Positions 55,652-64,000 of a stretch of 64,000 bases of DNA are shown here, in pieces. The DNA is taken from NCBI GenBank assembly GCA_022508535.1, contig JAFLUZ010000007.1, forward strand, positions 6,731 through 70,730, read 5' to 3'. How positions within the stretch are numbered: position 1 is the stretch's first letter; every line of letters begins with the position of its first letter. The stretch comes from Erysipelotrichales bacterium (GTDB taxonomy: Bacteria; Bacillota_I; Bacilli_A; RFN20; CAG-826). Below the pieces are notes generated by a model. It was given only the letters and a program-made list of their open reading frames with translations. It did no database searches and was not told where the DNA came from. The position numbers were made by a program, and so were the translations under genes.

Positions 55652-56164
55652 ATGGACTTAAAACAATTTATTATTAATATTCCAAATTTTCCTAAAGCAG
55701 GAGTAGATTTCAAAGATATAACGCCTCTTATTAAAGATGGAGAAGCATATAAGTATGTCATTAAAGAAATCGCTAGTTTTGCCAAAAGTTGTGGAGCAAA
55801 AACTATTGCATCACCAGAATCGCGTGGCTTTCTTTTTGGTTGTCCAACAGCATCAGAATTAGGTATTGGATTTATTCCATTTCGTAAACCGAATAAGTTA
55901 CCACGAAGAACAATGTCTGTGTGTTATGGTTTAGAATATGGAAATGATGTTTTACAAGTTCATATAGATGATATTAAAAAAGGCGATAAAATCGTTGTTG
56001 TTGATGATTTGTTAGCGTCAGGAGGCACATTAGAAGCTTGTGTTAAGCTATTAGAAGAACTTGGCGCAGAAGTCGTTGGAATATGCTTTGTAGTTGAACT
56101 ATCTAATCTTGGTGGAAGAGAACGATTAAAGAAATATAATGTTAAATCTATCGTTACATACTAG
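55652..56164 (+). CDS. apt: adenine phosphoribosyltransferase
   Basis: PRPP motif VVVDDLLASGGT. Confidence 0.96.
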   Translation: MDLKQFIINIPNFPKAGVDFKDITPLIKDGEAYKYVIKEIASFAKSCGAKTIASPESRGFLFGCPTASELGIGFIPFRKPNKLPRRTMSVCYGLEYGNDVLQVHIDDIKKGDKIVVVDDLLASGGTLEACVKLLEELGAEVVGICFVVELSNLGGRERLKKYNVKSIVTY

Positions 56165-56172
56165 GTGATTTT

Positions 56173-58356
56173 ATGGAAAATAGGAATCATACATTTGAAG
56201 AAGTAAAAGAACTATATTTTAGTTACATAAAAAAAGAAGACGACCGTAAAAAAATCGAAAAGGCTTATCAACTTGTTTTAAAAAAACACGAAGGACAATT
56301 AAGAAAATCTGGTGAGCCTTATGTTCATCATTTAATTGAAGTCGCCTATATTTTAGCAACTCTTGTCGCAGGACCAGAAACAATTATCGCAGGTTTACTT
56401 CATGACGTAGTAGAAGATACTGATTATCCATTAAGCGAGATAAAACATGAATTCGGCGAAGATGTCGCTTTCCTTGTTGACTCTGTCACAAAAATTCAAC
56501 GTATGAAGCTTTCAAAACGCTATACTAGTAGCGATGACTTTGAAGCCGAAGATCATAAAAAAATATTCTTAGGTATGGCCAAAGATATTCGTGTCATTAT
56601 TATTAAACTTGCTGATCGTCTCCATAATATGCGTACTTTACAATATCTTTCTCATGATCGTCAATTAGCGTTATCTAAAGAGACATTAGATGTTTATGCA
56701 CCAATCGCAGACCGCTTAGGTATGGGGCATATAAAAAGCGAATTACAAGACATAGCACTATCATATCTTGAACCTGATAAATACGAAGAAATTAAAAATC
56801 TCATAGACTCGCGAATTAAAAATCGTGAGAGTGATTTAATTTCTCTAAAAAAACGTTTTGCAGATATGTTATATGAGAAAAATATTCCAATGATTGAAAT
56901 ATCTTCACGTTATAAATCAGTATATTCTGTCTATCGTAAGATTTATTTTAAAGGTCGATCATTTGATCAAATTTATGATATCATGGCAATTAGAATTATT
57001 ACTGAAACAGAAATTAACTGTTATGAAATATTAGGATTCATTCATCAAATGTACAAGCCTCTTTTAGGACGCTTTAAAGACTATATTGCCATGCCTAAAC
57101 CAAATATGTATCAATCACTTCATACAACGATTTTGACCGGTGAAAACCTATGGTTTGAGATTCAAATTCGTACTAAAGAAATGGATGAAGTAGCAGAAGA
57201 GGGTATCGCTGCTCACTGGCGATATAAAGAAGGTAAAAACTATAACGCAAGAACTGAGCAAAAAGAAATATCTGAAAAGCTTCATTGGCTTAAAGACTTT
57301 GTTAATATGTCAAGTGAACTATCTAGTGATGCCAAAAATTACATGGATTCTTTGAAACATGAAATCTTTGAGGCTAATATTTATGTCTTTACACCGATGG
57401 GAAAAGTTATTGATTTACCAAGTGGCGCAACACCACTTGACTTTGCTTTCCGTATTCATACTAAAGTCTTTGACTCTGCTGTCGGTGCCTTAGTAAATAG
57501 TGTTTTAGTACCTTTAAATACACCTCTACAAACTGGTGATATTGTCGAAATTAAAACTTCAAAAGCTTCACCTGGACCTAATGAAGGATGGCTTAAAATT
57601 GTCACTACCAATAGTGCGAAAAACCATATACGTAAGTTCTTAGCAGAGAAAAACGCTGATGCGCTAAGAGATGATAAAATTGCTAAAGGAAAAATCTCAA
57701 TAATCGATGCATTTAAAGATCGTGGAATTGATGAAAAGAAAGCATTAGAACTTATTAATACAACAAAAGTTTTAGAAAAATTTGATTGCGAAACATTGGA
57801 TGATCTATTTATCAGTGTATCTAATCGAAATCCTGCACCAGCGGCAATTATTGATTTTTTACACATAAAGAAAAAAGTAGAAGTTACTTTTGCAAAAGTT
57901 AATTCTAAAGATACTGAGAATCCTATTTTAGTTAAAAATGCAGGCAAGGTTATGATTAATCTTGGCTCATGTTGTACTCCAATTCCAGGAGACGAAATAG
58001 TAGGGTTTATTACTAAAGGAAAAGGGATTACCATTCATCGTAAAGAATGTCCAAATATACAAAATAGTAAAAGACTTGTTGATGTGTTTTGGAATCCTGA
58101 TTTGAAGGAAAAAACATATCCTGTAGATTTAGAAATTGAATGTAATGACCGTAATAATTTACTTGTTGACATTATGCAAGTATTTTCAATTCATAAAGTA
58201 AATGTTACATCATTAAGTGCAAAACTTCATCCTGATACAATGACATCAACAATTGCTGCGACAATATTTATAAAAAACGCAACTGAATTAAAGAATTTAA
58301 ATAATGTTTTAATTAATGTTGCTGGTGTTTATCAAGTTAATCGAAAGATTCATTAA
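56173..58356 (+). CDS. relA: bifunctional (p)ppGpp synthetase/hydrolase Rel
   Basis: HD domain (HDVVEDT), synthetase domain, TGS and ACT domains. Confidence 0.96.
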   Translation: MENRNHTFEEVKELYFSYIKKEDDRKKIEKAYQLVLKKHEGQLRKSGEPYVHHLIEVAYILATLVAGPETIIAGLLHDVVEDTDYPLSEIKHEFGEDVAFLVDSVTKIQRMKLSKRYTSSDDFEAEDHKKIFLGMAKDIRVIIIKLADRLHNMRTLQYLSHDRQLALSKETLDVYAPIADRLGMGHIKSELQDIALSYLEPDKYEEIKNLIDSRIKNRESDLISLKKRFADMLYEKNIPMIEISSRYKSVYSVYRKIYFKGRSFDQIYDIMAIRIITETEINCYEILGFIHQMYKPLLGRFKDYIAMPKPNMYQSLHTTILTGENLWFEIQIRTKEMDEVAEEGIAAHWRYKEGKNYNARTEQKEISEKLHWLKDFVNMSSELSSDAKNYMDSLKHEIFEANIYVFTPMGKVIDLPSGATPLDFAFRIHTKVFDSAVGALVNSVLVPLNTPLQTGDIVEIKTSKASPGPNEGWLKIVTTNSAKNHIRKFLAEKNADALRDDKIAKGKISIIDAFKDRGIDEKKALELINTTKVLEKFDCETLDDLFISVSNRNPAPAAIIDFLHIKKKVEVTFAKVNSKDTENPILVKNAGKVMINLGSCCTPIPGDEIVGFITKGKGITIHRKECPNIQNSKRLVDVFWNPDLKEKTYPVDLEIECNDRNNLLVDIMQVFSIHKVNVTSLSAKLHPDTMTSTIAATIFIKNATELKNLNNVLINVAGVYQVNRKIH

Positions 58357-58363
58357 AGAATGT

Positions 58364-58396
58364 AGACTAGAAATTACTAATCTAGTCTTTTTTTTT
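58364..58396 (+). terminator. intrinsic terminator after relA
   Basis: AGACTAG / CTAGTCT stem followed by T9. Confidence 0.8.
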
Positions 58397-58553
58397 GAAA
58401 GTAAAGAAAATTAACAAGAAATTAATTAAAAAAACATAATTACAATCGATATATTTTACAATAAAAGCCTTTCAAGTATTTTTCTTTGCTTGTATTTGTT
58501 AACAATTATTTATATAATTGTATTGGAATAGATAAAGGAGGAAATTATATTCA

Positions 58554-60047
58554 ATGAAAAAGAAAATTATTCTATTACCGCTTATGTTATTAGCACTTGT
58601 TGCATGTGGTCAAAATAATGATTCTGCATCAACACCAGCATCAACACCAGCAGGAAGCGAAAATCCAGGTTCAGTCGAACAAAAACCTAGTGAAGTGCCT
58701 TCAGTTGGTGGCGATAGCACAACACAACCAGAAGAAAAAGTCGATTTAATTGAAGATGTTTTGAAAGATGGTATTGCATTAGACAATAACGCATTCTCAA
58801 CAAAACAATATACAATTGAAGGTATTGTTACTGGTATTGTTGGAAATTCATACTACATTCAAGATGGAGAATACGCATTCTATGTCTATAATAAACCAAT
58901 AGAAGGACTAAAAATTGGTGATAAAGTAAGAGTTGTATCGCAAATTCAAAATTATAACGGTTTAATCGAAACTTACAGCAAAGATGCTAGCTCATCAGCT
59001 GAAAAGATTGGTGAAGGAACACCTGTTACACCAGTTGAATTTGCTTCTATTGATGAAATTACTCAAATGGATCAATCCAAATTAGTTACAATTAAAGGAT
59101 TAGGCTATGTTTCAGGTTCAATCGCACTTGACAAATCAAGTGGTGTAAACTTTAACTTTGGCGGAACTGAAGTCCAAGTAAGAATGGACAAATATTTAGA
59201 TGGCACTATTAAAGAAGAAATCGCAGAGAAACTTAATAATTTAACTGTTAATGATACTGTTGACTTTACTGGCGTAAACGTTGGTTGGTACAATGGAGTA
59301 CAATTCGCACTTACAAGTGCTGATTCAATTGAAGTTCATCAAGGCGAATTTGTTGATGTTACATCTATTGAAGTTGGTGAAACATTAGAAGTAAACGCAA
59401 AGAGTGCAAAAGCACTTGAAATTAATGTCTTACCAGCAAATGCAACAAATAAAGAATTAGAATATGAATCTGCTTCAGAAGCAGTTGCAACTGTTAAAAA
59501 TGGTGTTGTTACTGGTGTTTCTGAAGGAGAAACAGACATTACAATTAAGTCTGTATCTAATCCAGAAGTTACTGCTTCAGTTCACGTAACTGTTACAGCT
59601 GCTAAAGAAGACACAGATAGTGTTACTTATGATTTTAGTAGTATCAATGGTGGAAGTGGATTAAACGCTACTCAATTAAAAGAATTATTTGCATCAAACG
59701 TAACTGGTGAAGACATCATTGAAAGTGTTAATAATGCTGTAAAAGTTTATAAAGCTGATGTAAATCAAGGATCAAAGGTTTCAGGTGTTAAGTTAAGTAC
59801 TTCTAGTGAAGCTGGTTCATTCACTATCACTACAACTAAATCAGTAACAAAAGTAATTGTTGCAATGCATGCATGGCAACTCACAAATAGCGTAGAAAAA
59901 GTTACTTTAGATATTAATGGTGTTTCAAATTCAACAACTAGCACAACTGAAGCTGAAGTTTTAACTTATGAAATTGACGCTGCCTTTACATTAACATTTG
60001 CTGCAACTAAGAGACCAGTAATTGCAAGTATAACTCTTGTTTACTAA
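58554..60047 (+). CDS. surface lipoprotein with an OB-fold-like N-domain and a Big_2 (bacterial Ig-like) domain
   Basis: Lipobox LVA|C. Big_2-like segment (VTSIEV...LPANATNKELEYESASEAVATVKNGVVTGVSEGETDITI). The OB-fold assignment is tentative. Confidence 0.65.
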   Translation: MKKKIILLPLMLLALVACGQNNDSASTPASTPAGSENPGSVEQKPSEVPSVGGDSTTQPEEKVDLIEDVLKDGIALDNNAFSTKQYTIEGIVTGIVGNSYYIQDGEYAFYVYNKPIEGLKIGDKVRVVSQIQNYNGLIETYSKDASSSAEKIGEGTPVTPVEFASIDEITQMDQSKLVTIKGLGYVSGSIALDKSSGVNFNFGGTEVQVRMDKYLDGTIKEEIAEKLNNLTVNDTVDFTGVNVGWYNGVQFALTSADSIEVHQGEFVDVTSIEVGETLEVNAKSAKALEINVLPANATNKELEYESASEAVATVKNGVVTGVSEGETDITIKSVSNPEVTASVHVTVTAAKEDTDSVTYDFSSINGGSGLNATQLKELFASNVTGEDIIESVNNAVKVYKADVNQGSKVSGVKLSTSSEAGSFTITTTKSVTKVIVAMHAWQLTNSVEKVTLDINGVSNSTTSTTEAEVLTYEIDAAFTLTFAATKRPVIASITLVY

Positions 60048-60064
60048 TAACAATTATATAAATT

Positions 60065-60092
60065 AGAGAGATAGAAATATCTCTCTTTTTTG
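60065..60092 (+). terminator. intrinsic terminator after the lipoprotein gene
   Basis: AGAGAGATA / TATCTCTCT stem followed by T6. Confidence 0.8.
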
Positions 60093-60159
60093 TTTAAGAT
60101 TACAAATACTTGACTTCGTATTATTGACTTTATAATATTTTAGATATTATAATATTTTT

Positions 60160-60370
60160 GTCAACGAAGTAGATTAGTTTAGTAAACTTTTATAGAGAGA
60201 ATTTGTAAGGTGGAAAAATTCAAAGCAAACTAAATGGACACTATGGAGACACTTGTTTGAAATTAGTAGAATAAGCGTATTAGCGGCGTTAACGCAAAAT
60301 GAGTGCATAAATTTTTTATGAACTAAGGTGGTACCGCGTGTTTAACGTCCTTAGAATGGACGTTTTTTTA
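60160..60370 (+). promoter_or_regulatory. T-box leader of the hisS-aspS operon (specifier GAC at 60237-60239, overlapping CAC at 60239-60241)
   Basis: TTGACT-18-TATAAT (60124-60153); AGAGAGA...GGTGGAAA stem I; T-box AACTAAGGTGGTACCGCG (60321-60338); terminator AACGTCC/GGACGTT followed by T7. Confidence 0.88.
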
Positions 60371-60388
60371 TTTTTAAGGAGGATATTT

Positions 60389-61732
60389 ATGAATATTAAT
60401 ATTGTAAAAGGAACTCACGATATATTTGATGATGATGCAAGAGCATTTGAATATATTGAAATGGTGCTTAAAGCCGTTGCAGAGATGTATTCATTTCAAC
60501 AAATGCGTACACCAATATTAGAGCATACTGAATTATTTACACGTTCAGTTGGTGAATCTTCAGATATTGTAAGAAAAGAAATGTATACATTTTTAGATAA
60601 AGGTGATCGTTCAGTTACATTACGTCCTGAATTAACCGCAGGTGTAATGCGCTCAATCGTTACAAATAAATTATATGCAACAAAAGATTTGCCAATTAAG
60701 TCATATTATATTGGTCCAGCATTTAGATATGAAAGACCTCAAGCTGGAAGATTCCGTCAATTCAATCAATTTGGCGTTGAATCAGTTGGAGTAAGATCAC
60801 CATATCACGATTTAGAATGTATCATGATGGGTTATGACGCTTTAAGACTTCTTGGTTTTAAAAATATCAACTTAAAAATTAACTCATTAGGTGACCAAGA
60901 ATCACGTAATAAGTATCGTGAAGCTTTAAAAGAATACTTTGCAAAGCATATTGATAATATGTGCGCTGACTGTAAAGAACGCTTTAACATTAATCCTTTA
61001 CGAATTTTAGATTGTAAGGTTCCGGATGATCAAAAAATAGCGGAAGGTGCACCTAGAATGCAAGATTATCTAACTCCAGAAGCTAAGAAAAGATTTGAAA
61101 TTATTACTTCAACACTTGATGAATATGAAATACCTTATGAAATCGACGACTCATTAGTTAGAGGACTTGATTATTATTCGCACATAATATTTGAATTCCA
61201 CTATACAACTGCGAATGGCTTAAATGTTGGAGCAGTAGGAGCAGGTGGACACTATGATAATCTCCTTAGTGAAGTAGGAGGACCTGCTTTAAGTGGTGTT
61301 GGTCTAGCTTTAGGTATTGAAAGATTATTTGCAGTTATGAAAGATGATAATCTTTTAAAAGATGAAAAACTTGATACTGATTTATATGTCATGCCAATTG
61401 GTGAAGATTCAATAAAAGATGCCTTTGCTATCGCTCAAATTTTAAGAGCTAATGCTTATAAAGTAGAAATTTGTTTAGAAAATAAATCATTCAAACAACT
61501 TTTCAAAAGAGCAGAAAATATGAATGCAAAACTTGCAGTCATCATTGGCGAGAACGAAATAAAAAATAACGAAGTAGTCTTAAAAGACTTGCATACACAA
61601 AAACAAGTTACTATCCCATTAAGTAACTTATTAAGCACACTAAATATGATGTTTGATGAAGGTGAAGAAGAACATCATCACCACTGCGATTGTGGTTGTG
61701 AAGATGAACACCATCATCACGAAGAAGAATAG
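60389..61732 (+). CDS. hisS: histidyl-tRNA synthetase with a His/Cys-rich C-terminal extension
   Basis: Class II motifs (RPEMTA-like LRPELTAG, FRYERPQAGRFRQF, GGHYDNL). AAGGAGG SD before ATG 60389. The track start at 60338 lies inside the T-box terminator. Confidence 0.96.
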   Translation: MNINIVKGTHDIFDDDARAFEYIEMVLKAVAEMYSFQQMRTPILEHTELFTRSVGESSDIVRKEMYTFLDKGDRSVTLRPELTAGVMRSIVTNKLYATKDLPIKSYYIGPAFRYERPQAGRFRQFNQFGVESVGVRSPYHDLECIMMGYDALRLLGFKNINLKINSLGDQESRNKYREALKEYFAKHIDNMCADCKERFNINPLRILDCKVPDDQKIAEGAPRMQDYLTPEAKKRFEIITSTLDEYEIPYEIDDSLVRGLDYYSHIIFEFHYTTANGLNVGAVGAGGHYDNLLSEVGGPALSGVGLALGIERLFAVMKDDNLLKDEKLDTDLYVMPIGEDSIKDAFAIAQILRANAYKVEICLENKSFKQLFKRAENMNAKLAVIIGENEIKNNEVVLKDLHTQKQVTIPLSNLLSTLNMMFDEGEEEHHHHCDCGCEDEHHHHEEE

Positions 61733-61743
61733 AAGGTGAATTT

Positions 61744-63480
61744 ATGGAAAGAACACATTTTAATGGAAGATTAAGTGAATCAAATGTAAATGAAGAAGTT
61801 ACACTCGTAGGTTGGGTACATAAATGGAGAAATTTAGGATCAATTATGTTCATTGACCTTCGTGATGCTACAGGAATCGTTCAAGTAATGGTAAATACGG
61901 AAGAAATTGAAATTCCTGATGTACGTAATGAATATGTCATTCAAGTTAAAGGTACAGTTTCTTTAAAAGAAGTAGAGAATAAGAAACTAAAAACAGGTAA
62001 GATTGAAGTTGTTGCAAAATCAATTAAAGTTATTAATACTGCAAGTCAAACACCTCTTATCATTGATGACAATACTGATGCTTTAGAAGATACAAGATTA
62101 AAGTATCGCTATCTTGACTTAAGACGTCCTTGCATGCAAGAGATGTTAAGAATAAGAGCAAAGATTGTAAAAGCAGTGCATGAGTATCTCGATGCTAACG
62201 ATTTCTTTGAAGTAGAAACACCACTTTTATGTTTATCAACTCCAGAAGGTGCAAGAGACTATCTTGTTCCATCTCGTATTCATAAAGGTCATTTCTATGC
62301 TCTTCCTCAATCACCACAAATTTATAAACAATTATTAATGATTGGCGGCTTAGAAAGATATTATCAAATCGCTCGTTGCTTCCGTGATGAAGACTTAAGA
62401 GCAGATCGTCAACCTGACTTCACTCAAATTGATATTGAAACATCATTCTTAGATCAAGATCAATTCCTTACTTTAATGGAGGGAATGATTGCAAAAATCA
62501 TGAAGGATGTAAAAGGTATCGATATTGAGCTACCTTTAAGAAGAATGGAATATGATGAAGCAGTTAATGTATATGGCTCAGATAAGCCAGATACCCGCTT
62601 TGGAATGCATTTAATTGATTTAAAAGACATTTTCCTTAATTCAGAGTTTGAAGCCTTTAAAACGGCTAAAAGCGTGAAATGTATTGTGGTCGATAATATC
62701 GCTGATAAAACATCAAGAAAAGTTATCGATACTTTAAACATGGAAGCACGTAAATTTAATCTTAAAGGTGTAACTGTTTTAAAGCTAGAAAATAATGAAT
62801 TAACTGGTTCATTTACTAAATACTTAAAAGAAGAAGAAAGCAATGCTTTAAAAGAACGCTTAAATTTTAAAAATAATGATATCGTAATTATTGCTGCGAG
62901 TGATTCAAATCGTGATGTATGTTTCGGTTTGGGGGCGTTACGTAGTAATTACGCCAAAGAATTAGGCCTTATTAAGCCTGATACCTACGATTTACTTTGG
63001 GTCGTGCATTGGCCACTCTTTGAATATAGCGAAAAAGAAGGCCGCTACGTTTCAAATCACCATCCATTCACAAGACCTTGTGATGAAGATCTAAAATATT
63101 TAGATTCAGATTTATCCAAAGTATATGCTCAAGCCTATGATATCGTTTTTAATGGCTATGAAGCAGGTGGTGGATCACTCCGTATATATGACGGAAAAAT
63201 CCAAAAGAAAATCTTTGAAATACTCGGATTATCCGAAGAAGATATTCAAAATAAATTTGGTACATTTATCCAAGCCTTTAATTATGGAACCCCACCTCAT
63301 GGTGGTATGGCATTTGGCTTAGATCGTCTTGCCATGATTTTAGCAGGAACAACTAACATTCGTGATGTTATTGCTTTCCCTAAAAATTTATCAGCAGTTT
63401 GTCCAATGCTTAATGCACCTCAACCTGTTGATGAAATGCAACTAAAAGATTTACATATTAAAATTTCTGATGAAGATTAA
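61744..63480 (+). CDS. aspS: aspartyl-tRNA synthetase
   Basis: OB anticodon domain, class II motifs (FRDEDLRADRQPDFTQ, GGGSLRI, GLDRL) and the bacterial insertion domain. Confidence 0.97.
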   Translation: MERTHFNGRLSESNVNEEVTLVGWVHKWRNLGSIMFIDLRDATGIVQVMVNTEEIEIPDVRNEYVIQVKGTVSLKEVENKKLKTGKIEVVAKSIKVINTASQTPLIIDDNTDALEDTRLKYRYLDLRRPCMQEMLRIRAKIVKAVHEYLDANDFFEVETPLLCLSTPEGARDYLVPSRIHKGHFYALPQSPQIYKQLLMIGGLERYYQIARCFRDEDLRADRQPDFTQIDIETSFLDQDQFLTLMEGMIAKIMKDVKGIDIELPLRRMEYDEAVNVYGSDKPDTRFGMHLIDLKDIFLNSEFEAFKTAKSVKCIVVDNIADKTSRKVIDTLNMEARKFNLKGVTVLKLENNELTGSFTKYLKEEESNALKERLNFKNNDIVIIAASDSNRDVCFGLGALRSNYAKELGLIKPDTYDLLWVVHWPLFEYSEKEGRYVSNHHPFTRPCDEDLKYLDSDLSKVYAQAYDIVFNGYEAGGGSLRIYDGKIQKKIFEILGLSEEDIQNKFGTFIQAFNYGTPPHGGMAFGLDRLAMILAGTTNIRDVIAFPKNLSAVCPMLNAPQPVDEMQLKDLHIKISDED

Positions 63481-63507
63481 TTATTATATCGAAAGGAACA
63501 ACAAAAA

Positions 63508-64000
63508 ATGAATAATGATCAACTTTCAATAGCTGCGATAAGAGCAACATGTATCGATGGAATTAATAAGGCCAAATCTGGTCACCCAGGTATGGCACTT
63601 GGTAGTGCACCAATTCTTTATACTTTATATACTCGCCATTTAGTAAGTTCACCATCTTATCCAAATTGGATAAATCGTGATAGATTCGTCTTAAGTGCTG
63701 GACACGCATCCATGCTTCTTTATACCATTTTGCATATGGCAGGATATCAAGTTAGTATTGATGATTTAAAATCATTCCGTCAACTTGATTCTCTCACTCC
63801 AGGACATCCTGAATTCCGTCATACACCAGGTGTTGACGCTACATCTGGACCATTAGGTCAAGGTATTGCCCAAGCTGTAGGTATGGCAATGGCTGAAAGA
63901 ACATTAGCAGCTATGTATAAAGATGGAGGAATGCTCTTTAATCATTACACCTATGCCTTATGTGGTGATGGATGTTTAGAAGAAGGACTTTCCCAAGAAG
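63508..64000 (+). CDS. tkt: transketolase, N-terminal part (3' end outside the window)
   Basis: Open frame from ATG 63508: [36 protein letters not shown]... with GDGCLEEG (TPP motif). Absent from the track because no stop codon occurs in the window. Confidence 0.9.
   Translation, partial: MNNDQLSIAAIRATCIDGINKAKSGHPGMALGSAPILYTLYTRHLVSSPSYPNWINRDRFVLSAGHASMLLYTILHMAGYQVSIDDLKSFRQLDSLTPGHPEFRHTPGVDATSGPLGQGIAQAVGMAMAERTLAAMYKDGGMLFNHYTYALCGDGCLEEGLSQE

Noticed and set aside
57456-58034. 192-aa ORF antisense to relA. Similar long antisense ORFs lie at 9262-9792 (ftsA/ftsZ), 37990-38406 (valS), 54529-54918 (recJ), 62460-62843 (aspS), 30709-31068 (tig), 14915-15271, 27636-27941, 41405-41734 and 50725-51075.
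   Set aside because: Each lies fully inside a strongly supported conserved gene on the other strand. None has a recognisable SD or motif, and their composition is low-complexity and S/F/I-rich, typical of the antisense frame of codon-biased genes. I treat them as shadow ORFs.
60338-60388. Upstream start of hisS in the ORF track (MFNVLRMDVFLFLRRIF...).
   Set aside because: These codons are the T-box core and terminator of the leader RNA. AAGGAGG precedes the ATG at 60389.
1-64000. Scan for CRISPR arrays, IS or transposase genes, integrases, prophage genes, restriction-modification or other defence operons, and rRNA genes.
   Set aside because: None found. All ORFs longer than 100 aa on the coding strands are accounted for by housekeeping, sporulation or lipoprotein genes. 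Apart from the two sRNA/toxin copies and the T-box cores, I found no direct repeats longer than about 10 nt.

Overview
AT-rich (about 30% G+C by eye, not computed) core chromosomal segment of an endospore-forming low-GC Firmicute. Nearly all of it is conserved housekeeping and sporulation genes, and the order closely follows several Bacillus subtilis blocks. Block 1 is the dcw cluster (PBP-murE-mraY-murD-ftsW/spoVE-murG-murB-divIB-ftsA-ftsZ), then spoIIGA-sigE-sigG-sepF. Block 2 is T-box-ileS-lspA-rluD. Block 3 is rnhC / mutS2-uvrC-gerE-racE-gerM, then tRNA-Arg, tig-lon-engB and spoVID-ysxE. Block 4 is T-box-valS, radC-minCD-spoIVFA/FB and rplU-prp-rpmA-obg-nadE. Block 5 is ruvAB, spoVB, secDF-recJ-apt-relA, T-box-hisS-aspS and the start of tkt. 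I saw no transposase, integrase, phage gene, CRISPR array or recognisable defence system, so most of the window is ordinary. The features worth a second look are all small and absent from the ORF track. (1) A 58-aa peptide with a textbook double-glycine leader is translationally coupled to radC, and its Shine-Dalgarno forms the 3' arm of the valS terminator. (2) A type I toxin-antitoxin-like module (31-aa hydrophobic peptide plus a convergent terminator-ended sRNA) lies in a small non-syntenic insert between sepF and ileS. A second, toxin-decayed copy of the sRNA lies upstream of rplU. (3) There are two orphan promoter-hairpin-terminator units and a 32-aa membrane sORF. (4) The hisS-aspS T-box appears to read an Asp (GAC) specifier that overlaps CAC. 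(5) HisRS carries a symmetric His/Cys-rich C-terminal tail. All functional calls rest on motif recognition and synteny by eye; no database search was possible.
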